IMG/VR virus record: IMGVR_UViG_3300031730_000001
Coordinates: 1-64,000 of that record
DNA length: 64,000 bases
From: a virus
Direction: 5' to 3' (one strand)
The notes under the pieces are model-generated. The model ran no database searches and was not told where the DNA came from. It was given only the letters and a program-made list of their open reading frames with translations. How positions within the stretch are numbered: position 1 is the stretch's first letter; each line of letters begins with the position of its first letter. Of this stretch, positions 38,994-47,238 are shown piece after piece. The position numbers and the translations under genes are program-made.

Positions 38994-39706
38994 GCGAACA
39001 CGCATCCCCGACGAAGGAACGGCGGCGCGCCGATGTGCGGTACATAGTCGTCGCAACTGGCGCCGTCGGCTCCTTCGCCGCCATGGCGATCTGGGTACAG
39101 GGCCTCTCGCACGACCTGCGCGTCTCCAACGACGCCCGCGACGCCCTGGCCCGGCAGGTGCAGTCCCTCGGCCACAAGCCGGTCGCCGGACCGCCCGGGT
39201 CGCGCGGCGAGGCAGGCGCATCAGTCGTCGGGCCCCGCGGACCTCAGGGCGTCGCCGGCTCGCCGGGCCCGACCGGATCACCCGGCAGTACGGGCAAGAC
39301 CGGGGCGACCGGCGCGCCAGGCGCCACCGGATCACCCGGAGTCGGCGTCACCGGGGCCGCCGGCAGCCCAGGCCCCGCTGGACCCCAAGGTGAGGCCGGG
39401 CCGGCAGGCCCCCAAGGCGACCAGGGTCCGAAGGGCGACACCGGGGACACGGGCGCGACCGGCCCAGCACCGTCCGGCTGGACGTTCACCGACGGCACCG
39501 GGGTCACCCAGGAGTGCGCACCTGACAGTGAAGGCTCCACCCACTACACGTGCACGCCCGCCCCGGCGAGCCCTTCGCCCACTCCGTCGAATCCGGAGTC
39601 CGCGGTGCTGGTGCTCAGTTCCGCGCTCGTCCGCAGGAGGATCGATGCCCCAAGCAGTACCCGCGGCCGACACCGGGCGGTCCGCCACCGCGGTGCCCAT
39701 CGCTGA
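38990..39706 (+). CDS. Membrane-anchored collagen-like protein
   Basis: TM, coiled coil, Gly-X-Y runs, Cys pair. Confidence 0.8.
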   Translation: MSEHASPTKERRRADVRYIVVATGAVGSFAAMAIWVQGLSHDLRVSNDARDALARQVQSLGHKPVAGPPGSRGEAGASVVGPRGPQGVAGSPGPTGSPGSTGKTGATGAPGATGSPGVGVTGAAGSPGPAGPQGEAGPAGPQGDQGPKGDTGDTGATGPAPSGWTFTDGTGVTQECAPDSEGSTHYTCTPAPASPSPTPSNPESAVLVLSSALVRRRIDAPSSTRGRHRAVRHRGAHR

Positions 39707-39863
39707 ACCGGCCCCGCGGACTCCCCGCCGCGACGACACTGCGGCCGACGCCGGGTCGCTGGAGCGCGCGGGCCGCCTCGACCCGCAGCCGGTCCCCGCG
39801 CCGTCGATCAGCCCGTTCCTGGCGCCCGACCTGCCGCCCTACGAGGAGGACAACGGGACCTAA
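39645..39863 (+). CDS. Small hypothetical protein
   Basis: RBS AGGAGG; ends just before tnpB element. Confidence 0.5.
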   Translation: MPQAVPAADTGRSATAVPIAEPAPRTPRRDDTAADAGSLERAGRLDPQPVPAPSISPFLAPDLPPYEEDNGT

Positions 39864-39864
39864 C

Positions 39865-41231
39865 CTTGTCGTTGACTCGCCAGAAGGGGGGCGACTAGCC
39901 GCCCAGTAAGTGCCTTGACCTGCACTTTTGATGCTAGAATGGGTCAACTTAGCTTCTGCTGGAGGGTGTTGCCTTGCTGACGGGTCGTCGCTACCGGCTC
40001 GCGCTCACGCCCGAGACAGGAGGCGCAGTGCGAGGAGTACGCCAACACCTGCCGCGCCGTATGGAACACCGGCCTCGAACAACGCCGGGAGTATCGGCGG
40101 CGCGGGGCGTGGATGAACTTCGTGCCACAGTGCGCCGAGCTCGCGGAGGCCAGGCAGGCGCTTGAGTGGCTGCGCGCCGCGCCTTCCTGCATTCATCAAC
40201 AGACGTTGCGGGACCTTGAACAAGCCTGCCGCGAGCGCGGCACGTGGAAAGTGCGATGGCGGTCGAAGGCGCGCTGGAGCCCGTCGTTTCGCTTTCCTGA
40301 CAGGAGATGGCTTCGCGTAGAGCGGCTTGGCCGCAAGTGGGGCCGGGTCAAGCTGCCAAAACTCGGATGGGTCCGCTTCCGTTGGTCGCGCCCCCCGGGC
40401 GGTGAGATCCACTCCGCCACGGTGTCCCGAAAAGGTGCGCACTGGTTCGTTTCCCTCCTGATAGACGACGGTCGGGAGGTGCCCGAGAAGCACGCCATGC
40501 CGAACACGGCGGTAGGCATAGATCGGGGCGTGAAGGTCGCCGCAGTCACCTCCGATGGCGCGTTCCATGACCGGGAGTTCATCACTGCTGGCGAGGCCGG
40601 CCGGTATCGACGGTTGCAGCAGAAGCTAGCCCGCTCCAGGCGTGGATCCGCGAACCGGCGCAAGACCATCACGGCCATGGGCCGAATCACGAGCCGAGCG
40701 TCAGACCGCCGTGGTGACTTCTGCGCCTTCACCGCGAACCGCATCACCGGGCGGAACGCCGTGGTGGTGCTGGAAGACCTCAAGATAAAAAACATGACCG
40801 CATCGGCGTCCAGAACTCTGGACGAGCCGGGTGAGCGAGTCGCTCAGAAGCGCGGCCTGAACCGCAGCATCCTCGACAAGGGGTGGAGCCGCCTTGGGCT
40901 CGCCCTTGCCAACGCCGCCCGATACACGGGCACCTCCGTGGTTCTGGTTAATCCCGCGTACACCTCGCAGCGTTGCCACGCCTGCGGGTTCGTCACTGAA
41001 GGCAACCGCGAGAGCCAAGCGGTCTTCGTGTGCAAGAACCCTGGGTGTGGCCACGCAGACCATGCCGACGTGAACGCCGCAAAGAACATCCTCAGCGCCG
41101 CAGGGCATGTGGTGCCAGCCTGTGGAGACCTCGCCGTTGGGCGGTCCGCGAAGCAGGAACCCGGAGGCCGGGCGACCGGCCGAACCCTTCGTTTGGGAAT
41201 CTCCGGCCTCCATGCCGGAGAGGAAGCCAAC
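39865..41231 (+). mobile_element. IS200/IS605-family solo-tnpB element (no tnpA); ends approximate
   Basis: tnpB; right-end hairpin CTCCGGC-CTCCAT-GCCGGAG then AGGAAGCCAA; left-end imperfect hairpin. Confidence 0.75.
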
Positions 41232-41267
41232 TGCTCGTCAGCCTGTCCACCCTCCCTCTGCCTCTGA
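39974..41267 (+). pseudogene. tnpB: RNA-guided endonuclease TnpB with N-terminal frameshift (~40016)
   Basis: MLTGRRYRLALTPE joins QEAQCEEYANTCRAVWN in +1 frame; RuvC GIDRG, LEDL, ADVNAA; Zn finger. Confidence 0.88.
41100..41250 (+). ncRNA. Predicted TnpB omega/reRNA (bounds approximate)
   Basis: Overlaps tnpB 3' end and right-end hairpin as in other TnpB systems. Confidence 0.55.
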
Positions 41268-41278
41268 CCGGCACGACT

Positions 41279-41312
41279 GCGCCCCCGCTGCCTTCGGGCG
41301 GTGGGGGCGCTT
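41279..41312. terminator. Terminator between convergent genes
   Basis: GCGCCCCCGCTGCC-TTCG-GGCGGTGGGGGCGC. Confidence 0.75.
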
Positions 41313-41314
41313 CC

Positions 41315-41923
41315 TCACGTCCCGTCGGTGAACGGCGGATTCTCCAGGTGCCGGGCGAGGATCCATTCCTCGTCGCCGCGGCGGCAGGTCAGGATGAGCC
41401 GGATCGGCTTGCCGACGTACTCGCCTTGCCACATGGCCTGGGACTTGCCCTCCATCCAGCGCCCGGGCCTGGTGCGCTGCATCGCGCGTTGCGTCCCAGT
41501 ACCCACGTCGAGCGGGAAGGCTTCGGGCCCGCGCCCGTGCTCGTCGGTTCCGTTGCTGCCGTGTGAGAAGCGGAAGGGCCCCCAGACGAAGGCGTCGACG
41601 TCGGCCTGCGTCACGTTCCTCTCCGGGTGGAGGACATTGCGTTCCTTGTCGTCGTCGCCGACGACTATGCGTACCTCGTCGAGGCGGCGCAGCGCGTCGG
41701 GCCCGCTGAGATGCACGTTGAGGAGGGCCTGGCCGTTGCCGGTATCTATCAGCTCAAGGTCGAACTGCGGCGTCAGCTCGGCGTGCCACCGGTCCTGCTC
41801 GATGTGGGTCATGGCGTCCGCGGTCTCCGCGGATCGGTGGGCGGCGAGCCATGCGCCGGCCGTCGCGACCGCACTGAGGGCGGCCGTAGAGAAGGTGGCG
41901 ACGTCGCCCCAATGGATGCTCAT
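41315..41923 (-). CDS. Protein with N-terminal membrane anchor (accessory)
   Basis: MSIHWGDVATFSTAALSAVATAGAWLAA then beta domain. Confidence 0.75.
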   Translation of the reverse strand: MSIHWGDVATFSTAALSAVATAGAWLAAHRSAETADAMTHIEQDRWHAELTPQFDLELIDTGNGQALLNVHLSGPDALRRLDEVRIVVGDDDKERNVLHPERNVTQADVDAFVWGPFRFSHGSNGTDEHGRGPEAFPLDVGTGTQRAMQRTRPGRWMEGKSQAMWQGEYVGKPIRLILTCRRGDEEWILARHLENPPFTDGT

Positions 41924-42036
41924 GCGGCGGGAGCGTAGCGGGAGTTGACCGCTGGCGAACCCGGCACGACAACGCCCCGCCCTCTCACTGCCTTCCGGCG
42001 GCGGGGGAGCGGGGCTTTTCTGTCGTTGCGGGAGGT

Positions 42037-42219
42037 CTACTCCCGTTCGCGGATCGCCTGCGCCAGGTCTCTGATCGCCGCCCCGACGGCTAGGAGGGCG
42101 TGCACCTGGGCCCTGGCAAGCAGCGCTGCCTGATCGCCGGAGCCGTCTTCTCTGGCGTGGCTGTCGTCCAGGTTGTTGAGTGCTCGCGCCTGTAGCTGGT
42201 CGTACCTTCGCTCTGTCAT
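42037..42219 (-). CDS. Small helical protein
   Basis: RBS GAGAGG; ARAQVHALLA. Confidence 0.6.
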   Translation of the reverse strand: MTERRYDQLQARALNNLDDSHAREDGSGDQAALLARAQVHALLAVGAAIRDLAQAIRERE

Positions 42220-42351
42220 GGCCGCCCTCTCGTCTACTACAGGGCGAGAGTCTGCCGAAGGTGGGCCCATCTGTCAGGAGGGCCTCGGCGACTTCATAGC
42301 GCATAACGCCTTGTGAAGCGCGCCGAGTTGACCGGGTTCGGCATTCTCCAC

Positions 42352-42383
42352 CGCTACAGAATAATGACCGTTATCCTGTAGCG
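42352..42383. other. dif/lox-like recombination site
   Basis: CGCTACAGAATAA-TGACCG-TTATCCTGTAGCG; 12/13 inverted arms, 6-bp spacer. Confidence 0.75.
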
Positions 42384-43424
42384 ATGAACACGCTTCCCGT
42401 CATCCGATCCACCGGGACCAGCCCCGACCGTCCAACCCAACGGGCCATCACGCTCCGCGGCAGGCCGCCCGCTTCGACCCCCGACGCACTGCTCGCGCTA
42501 CTCGCTGAGGCCGGCGCCGGGCCCACCGTCCTGAAGGCCACCCGATCGTGGCTCGCCAAGCGCCCGAGTGGGCACAGCAAGACCGCCTACGCCAAAGACG
42601 CCGCCTGGTGGCTCGCCTTCTGTGCCGCCAGTGACACCGACCCCACGCGCGCACGGGCCACCGACGCCGACGACTACGAAACGGCGCTCCGCGAGACAGG
42701 CCTGGCCAAGTCAACTCGTGGGCGCCGCCTGGCTGCCGCGTCGAGCTGGTACACCTACCTGATCCGCGCGGACGTCGCCGACCGGAACCCATTCGAGGGG
42801 ATGGAGCGACCCTCAGTCTCCGCCGACGACTCACCCACCCGCGGACTCACCGCCGACCAGCTCGGCAGGCTGCTCAACCACGCCCGCGCTCGCGAGTCGA
42901 CGCGCACCTATGCCCTGCTCGTCACGCTCGCCACCACCGCGGGTCGCATCGGCTCCGTCCTCGCTCTCACCGTAGGCAAGCTTGGCCACGACCAGGGTCA
43001 CCGCGTCGCCGACCTGATCGTGAAGGGCGACAAGACCAAGCGCGTCGTCCTGGTCCCGCTCGCCGTCGAGGCCATCGACCGCCACATGGACGGTCGACCC
43101 CTCCAGGACGACGACTATGTGTTCGCCACCAGTACCGGGCGGCCGATGGACGAACCGGCCGCCTTCCGTCTCGTTCGACGCGTAGCCGGGGCGGCAAGGC
43201 TTCCGCACGCCGACCAGTTGTCGCCCCACTCGCTGCGCCACTCCTACGCAACGGCGCTCCTGAGCAAGGGCGTCCCCCTCGCGGATGTGCAGGACGCCAT
43301 GGGGCACGCAGACCCGCGCACCACTCGCCGCTACGACCGGGCCGCCGGGGCACTCGACCGCTCGCCGTCATACAAGATGCAGGACGAGATCACGGCCGCG
43401 ATGCGGGCTGCGGAGGGTGAGTAA
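42384..43424 (+). CDS. Tyrosine recombinase, Xer/Cre-like resolvase
   Basis: SAM-like N domain; AGRI, VKG, HSLRH, MGH, RRY. Confidence 0.92.
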   Translation: MNTLPVIRSTGTSPDRPTQRAITLRGRPPASTPDALLALLAEAGAGPTVLKATRSWLAKRPSGHSKTAYAKDAAWWLAFCAASDTDPTRARATDADDYETALRETGLAKSTRGRRLAAASSWYTYLIRADVADRNPFEGMERPSVSADDSPTRGLTADQLGRLLNHARARESTRTYALLVTLATTAGRIGSVLALTVGKLGHDQGHRVADLIVKGDKTKRVVLVPLAVEAIDRHMDGRPLQDDDYVFATSTGRPMDEPAAFRLVRRVAGAARLPHADQLSPHSLRHSYATALLSKGVPLADVQDAMGHADPRTTRRYDRAAGALDRSPSYKMQDEITAAMRAAEGE

Positions 43425-43551
43425 CTGCCGCCCCGTTCTGTCATGCTGGGAGCAGCCCGCCTCGTCCCCCCGTCGAGGCGGGCGCTCGCGCGTTCACTCT
43501 TGGTTGAAGTTGACGCCCCGAATTTCAAGGTTGCGGCCCTACAGTTGAACT

Positions 43552-43684
43552 TGCGGCATCCGGGTGGAAGACCCGGCGCTCACGCCTCGCGCCGCTTGGG
43601 AGGTGGCCCGACTGCCCTCGTGGAGTCGGAGAACCCCTGTGCCGCATCGAGTGGCTGTCCGCGCCGACGCGCGGGCGGCCACTT
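43552..43684 (+). ncRNA. Candidate structured sRNA with terminator
   Basis: -10-like TACAGT 43540; closing stem plus three hairpins; long hairpin 43650-43683. Confidence 0.4.
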
Positions 43685-43689
43685 GCACG

Positions 43690-43875
43690 TCACCCCTTCG
43701 GTTCCGGCAACACCCCCGGCTTGACCGGCACGATCTCCACGTCGGTGGCGCCGCCCGTCTCCAGCTCCGCCTTCCGCTGCCCAGCGCTGGCTTGGTCGTA
43801 GGCGACAGCGGACGCGCGGTGCGCCCCGTCTGGGTCGGTCCAGGTGAGGGCGAAGCTCTTCATGGTGGTCGTCAT
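43690..43875 (-). CDS. Small hypothetical protein
   Basis: Codon bias; MKSFALTWTDPDG. Confidence 0.65.
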   Translation of the reverse strand: MTTTMKSFALTWTDPDGAHRASAVAYDQASAGQRKAELETGGATDVEIVPVKPGVLPEPKG

Positions 43876-43910
43876 GCGCTCATCATCGCTGCCGGGCCTG
43901 ACAGTCACCG

Positions 43911-44033
43911 TCAGACGAACCGGCGCATTCGCGGGTCGAGCTTTCCGAGGGTGCACATCCACACCATCATGTCCATCATCCCGAAGCTGAGCCGCAGCGA
44001 CAGCCGCACCAGCGAGATCGCCAATCCGATCAT
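43911..44033 (-). CDS. 40-aa hydrophobic peptide
   Basis: RBS AAGGGGG before ATG. Confidence 0.45.
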   Translation of the reverse strand: MIGLAISLVRLSLRLSFGMMDMMVWMCTLGKLDPRMRRFV

Positions 44034-44160
44034 TTCGTCCCCCTTCAATGCCGAAGCCAGGACTACACGTCGGGGCCCTGACCCCGCGTTGGCGGATCCC
44101 GGGATCTCGCCAGAACGGGCTGCCCAGTCCAGGTGGCTGGGATCGGCGTTCTGGCGCCGG

Positions 44161-44487
44161 CTAGTACTCGCTGAGCCCGAGTTCCCGGTCGGGCCGGCAG
44201 TGCTCGCACGGGTGCATGAACCCCTTGTCTTTGGCAAGGGCGAAGCGGGCTTCGGCTTCGGTGAGGGTGGCGGCGGGCGGTCCGATGTGGGTGCAGGTGG
44301 CGAGGTGGATGGTGGCGCCGACGGCCTGCCCGGCTTTGCGTTCCTGCTCGGTGATGTAGCCGCCTGCCGTTTTGGCCTGCTGCTCAGCCTGCTCGATCTT
44401 CCGCCTCGTATCCCGCAGCTGCCAGTCGAGCCACTCTTCGAGGGCGCGCAGTTTGGCGAGCCGCTCGGCTGGCGTTAGATCGGACAT
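44161..44487 (-). CDS. DUF6233-like protein, probably SOS-regulated
   Basis: IH...C...EAR.AL...C..CRPDRELG. Confidence 0.8.
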   Translation of the reverse strand: MSDLTPAERLAKLRALEEWLDWQLRDTRRKIEQAEQQAKTAGGYITEQERKAGQAVGATIHLATCTHIGPPAATLTEAEARFALAKDKGFMHPCEHCRPDRELGLSEY

Positions 44488-44495
44488 GTGTTCGA
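44480..44495 (-). promoter_or_regulatory. LexA (SOS) box
   Basis: TCGAACACATGTCCGA vs actinobacterial TCGAAC-N4-GTTCGA, 1 mismatch; overlaps start codon. Confidence 0.7.
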
Positions 44496-44532
44496 GTCTA
44501 GGGGTGGGGTCGCCGGCTGGCATCCTGGGGGT

Positions 44533-44730
44533 GTGACCACCCCGGACCGCTACCGCCTCACCCTGACCGTCGACGGCCGGCCCGTCGCGCACGGCTGGTG
44601 GCCGTCGGAGCAGGTGGCGCGCGACCGGCATACGGAGTGGGTGGGGGACTGGGGCAGGCCCGGCGCCAGCGTCGCGCTCGTCGACGAGGAGAGCGGCGAG
44701 ACGCTGACGAGCTGGCCGGACGAGGCGTGA
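44533..44730 (+). CDS. Small Streptomyces-type hypothetical protein
   Basis: RY.LTLT.DGRPV.HGWW...W.G..G...L.DE..G..L..WP. Confidence 0.75.
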   Translation: MTTPDRYRLTLTVDGRPVAHGWWPSEQVARDRHTEWVGDWGRPGASVALVDEESGETLTSWPDEA

Positions 44731-44743
44731 GGTCTGCCATCCT

Positions 44744-44977
44744 GTGCTCATGAATGCGATCCGTCGGGCGGCCGTCGCCTACTACCGGGCCAACGTGGAC
44801 GCCTGGGTGGCCCTGAAGCGTCTCCTGCCCCGCGACCCGGATCCGTGGGTTCTCTCCGGGCTGGCACAGTTCGGCGCGGTAATCACCCTGCTGGCGTCGG
44901 GCCACTCGGATGCGGCCCTCATCGTCGGCGCGTCCAGTCTGTGGCTGCTCGTCCTGCAGCGGGCCTTCGAACGCTGA
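44744..44977 (+). CDS. Small membrane protein
   Basis: Two hydrophobic segments. Confidence 0.55.
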   Translation: MLMNAIRRAAVAYYRANVDAWVALKRLLPRDPDPWVLSGLAQFGAVITLLASGHSDAALIVGASSLWLLVLQRAFER

Positions 44978-45091
44978 CCCCGCCCGCGTTGTCAGTGGCG
45001 CCCGCTACGCTGGTCCCACTATCCGGCATTGAGATCCAGTCGGGTTTGCTGCACCCCGTCGAGCGTGGAACCCCGACGGGGTGCGCTGCTG

Positions 45092-45295
45092 TCAGCCTTC
45101 GGCCGCCGGATGCCGCACGACCCGCTTCAGTTCCATCTCCACCTCGTACCGGTCGCGCCCGGCCTCCGCTGCGTACTCGCTGACCGCCTCATGCACGGCC
45201 TGCGCCGTCTCCACGGTGAGCTGCCCGGCCCGGATTTCAGCCCAGGCGCGGGACTCCAGGTCGAGCAGGTGCGGGGGGAAGTCGATGTCGGTCAC
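45092..45295 (-). CDS. Small hypothetical protein
   Basis: DRYEVEMELKR.VRHP. Confidence 0.7.
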   Translation of the reverse strand: MTDIDFPPHLLDLESRAWAEIRAGQLTVETAQAVHEAVSEYAAEAGRDRYEVEMELKRVVRHPAAEG

Positions 45296-45362
45296 TGGGG
45301 GATCTTAGATTGTTCACCGCTTCCCCTTGGGGGCGGTACTCCCCGTAGCGGACGCTGATCGC

Positions 45363-45584
45363 ATGGACATCATCGATCTGAACGAGAAGCGCCGTGAACG
45401 CGAGGAGCCCCAGCCGGAGCACGCGGCCTGCGAGTGCGGGGAGGCGTGGTTCGAACTGCGCGGCGGACCTACCGGGAACGGAGCGGTCTGCATGACGCCG
45501 GACGGCTGCATCACTGGATACGCAGGGACGCCGTGCTGCGTGAGCTGCGGGAAGCCCGTCACTTTGCGGGCCGCCGCAGAGTGA
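45363..45584 (+). CDS. Small Zn-binding protein
   Basis: CECG...C.SCG. Confidence 0.6.
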   Translation: MDIIDLNEKRREREEPQPEHAACECGEAWFELRGGPTGNGAVCMTPDGCITGYAGTPCCVSCGKPVTLRAAAE

Positions 45585-45622
45585 TCTACCAATCTGGGAC
45601 GGGCTGGTAGATCACTAGTAGT

Positions 45623-45817
45623 TCACGCCGCCTCGACGAGCCCGTCCCGCTCGGCCGCCACAGCCACGGTCCACTCATCCCGCAGCATCTCGTACCGCTG
45701 CCGCGTCTCCCCGTACAGCCAGCCGCCCGCCCGCGCGACGAGGGCACGGATCTCCTCATTCACCACAGCGGCAGGGCGCGGACGGCCCGAAGTGGGGGGA
45801 GTGGGGGGCATGGTCAA
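45623..45817 (-). CDS. Small hypothetical protein
   Basis: RPAAVVNEEIRALV...Y..L..EW. Confidence 0.65.
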   Translation of the reverse strand: MTMPPTPPTSGRPRPAAVVNEEIRALVARAGGWLYGETRQRYEMLRDEWTVAVAAERDGLVEAA

Positions 45818-45845
45818 AGTCTATCGGCGACCACTGTCAGAGCGT

Positions 45846-46061
45846 TTACTCCGCGGGCTCTTCGACCTCGACGACGACGGTCGTCGTCTTGCGGACGAGC
45901 CGGTAGGACACGGACGGTGCGGCGTTGTCGCGAAACCAGGCCAGGCGTTCCACGGCATGGGCGCGGTCCGGGTGCCATTTGGTGGCTAGGTGCTGCTGGC
46001 CGCCGCTGTCGGCCTGGACGGCCCATTCTGCCGTCACGTCCTCAGTCGGACGGCGCGTCAT
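45846..46061 (-). CDS. Small hypothetical protein
   Basis: EWAV...YRLVRKTTTVVVE. Confidence 0.6.
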   Translation of the reverse strand: MTRRPTEDVTAEWAVQADSGGQQHLATKWHPDRAHAVERLAWFRDNAAPSVSYRLVRKTTTVVVEVEEPAE

Positions 46062-46112
46062 GAGTCAAGCCCGATAGGCGGTAGAGCGCGGCGCGCCGGG
46101 CGATCATCGCGG

Positions 46113-46298
46113 TCACTGGATTGCACGTCCTTCTGCAGTGAGGCGGCGGCGTCGATTCACGTAGCGGTGCAGGTCGCCGACAATGACGTCGGTCAGCGTG
46201 CGGCCTTCCGCCTTCGCCTCGGCCATGGCTGCGCTCCAAAGCTCGTCGGGCACGCGGATGTTGCGGAGTTTCGTCTCTCCTGTTGCTGGCCTTGCCAT
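46113..46298 (-). CDS. Ribbon-helix-helix regulator
   Basis: RNIRVPDELW.AA...A..EGRTLTDVI. Confidence 0.85.
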   Translation of the reverse strand: MARPATGETKLRNIRVPDELWSAAMAEAKAEGRTLTDVIVGDLHRYVNRRRRLTAEGRAIQ

Positions 46299-46312
46299 CT
46301 CTCCCCCTCGGA

Positions 46313-46395
46313 TCTGTAGGTACAGAAACTAGCATCCATATCGGTAGACGACTTGACAAGGGGACGCCGTGAGCGCATTCTGTAGGTACAGAAAC
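46313..46395. promoter_or_regulatory. Divergent promoter bracketed by two identical 17-bp operators
   Basis: TCTGTAGGTACAGAAAC at 46313 and 46379; TTGACA (46353)-17 bp-CATTCT. Confidence 0.8.
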
Positions 46396-46417
46396 AGGAG
46401 CCCAGCAGGGAGAACGA

Positions 46418-46600
46418 ATGACCACCCACACTACCGCCCTCCAGCTGAAGCAGGGCGACGTCATCACCCTCTGCGGCCGTCGCGAGACCGTCACCCGGGT
46501 CGAAAACGCGGGTACCCACATCCACGTCTACGTGCCCGACGACCCGAGCGACCCGTACCTGCTCAAGCCCAACGAGATCGTCCCCATCCACGCCAGCTGA
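46418..46600 (+). CDS. Small beta-barrel (KOW/SH3-like) protein
   Basis: A.QLKQGDVI...GRRETVT.VE. Confidence 0.7.
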   Translation: MTTHTTALQLKQGDVITLCGRRETVTRVENAGTHIHVYVPDDPSDPYLLKPNEIVPIHAS

Positions 46601-46613
46601 TCAGGAGACGTCC

Positions 46614-46799
46614 ATGAGCGAGAAGCTCGCAGTCCAGCTTCGCCCCGGCGACCGGATCGTCATCGACGGCCGCACGGAGACCGTCACCGGCACCGAACTT
46701 TCCCCGTCCGGCAACTGCTGGGTCGCCACCAACGTCAGGGGCGAGGCGGACGCCCACAGCCTCGGCTCCTTCGAGCGAGTCACCGTCAGCAACCGCTGA
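46614..46799 (+). CDS. Small beta-barrel protein, paralog of 46418-46600
   Basis: A.QLRPGDRI...GRTETVT.TE. Confidence 0.7.
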   Translation: MSEKLAVQLRPGDRIVIDGRTETVTGTELSPSGNCWVATNVRGEADAHSLGSFERVTVSNR

Positions 46800-46838
46800 C
46801 CCGCCCACCGCCCCGCCACTGTGCGGGGCTTCGGCATG

Positions 46839-47093
46839 TCAGCTCTCGGCGGGCGGCTCGCTCCGGTCAACGACGTACAGGCCCATGCCCTGGATGGATT
46901 CGATGAGCCCTTCCTCCTTCAGGACTCTGGTCGCTTTGCGGAGGGTGTCGCGGGCGACCTCGTACTCCTGCTCCATCTCGACGGTGGAGGGGATGCGGCG
47001 GCCTGGGGGAATCGTGCCGTCCTTGATCTTCCGCCGGAGGTCGTCGGCGATCTGGAGGTACGGAGGTACAGGTCCCTCCCGGTCGATGATCAT
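46839..47093 (-). CDS. GntR-family winged-HTH regulator
   Basis: PYLQIADDLR..I..G...PG.RIPS...L.EEGLI...G.G.YV. Confidence 0.9.
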   Translation of the reverse strand: MIIDREGPVPPYLQIADDLRRKIKDGTIPPGRRIPSTVEMEQEYEVARDTLRKATRVLKEEGLIESIQGMGLYVVDRSEPPAES

Positions 47094-47238
47094 GCTTTGG
47101 ACGCTAGCCCGCCACCCCCGGCACGCCATAGCTACCCCCAGGGGTGGTATGGGGTAGTAAGGTCCAATGGCGTAATGGAAGAGCCCCCAGGCCGCAGCTC
47201 ACGCGACCCAGGGGCAAGCCGACGAACGGACCGTCGAC

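Noticed and set aside
39190-39480. 9-bp periodic repeats
   Set aside because: Collagen Gly-X-Y coding; common in actinophage lysis regions
39974-40165. 63-aa ORF as a separate gene or tnpA
   Set aside because: It is the frameshifted TnpB N-terminus; no HUH/Y1 motif
43564-44478. 304-aa plus-strand ORF
   Set aside because: Antisense to three better-supported small genes
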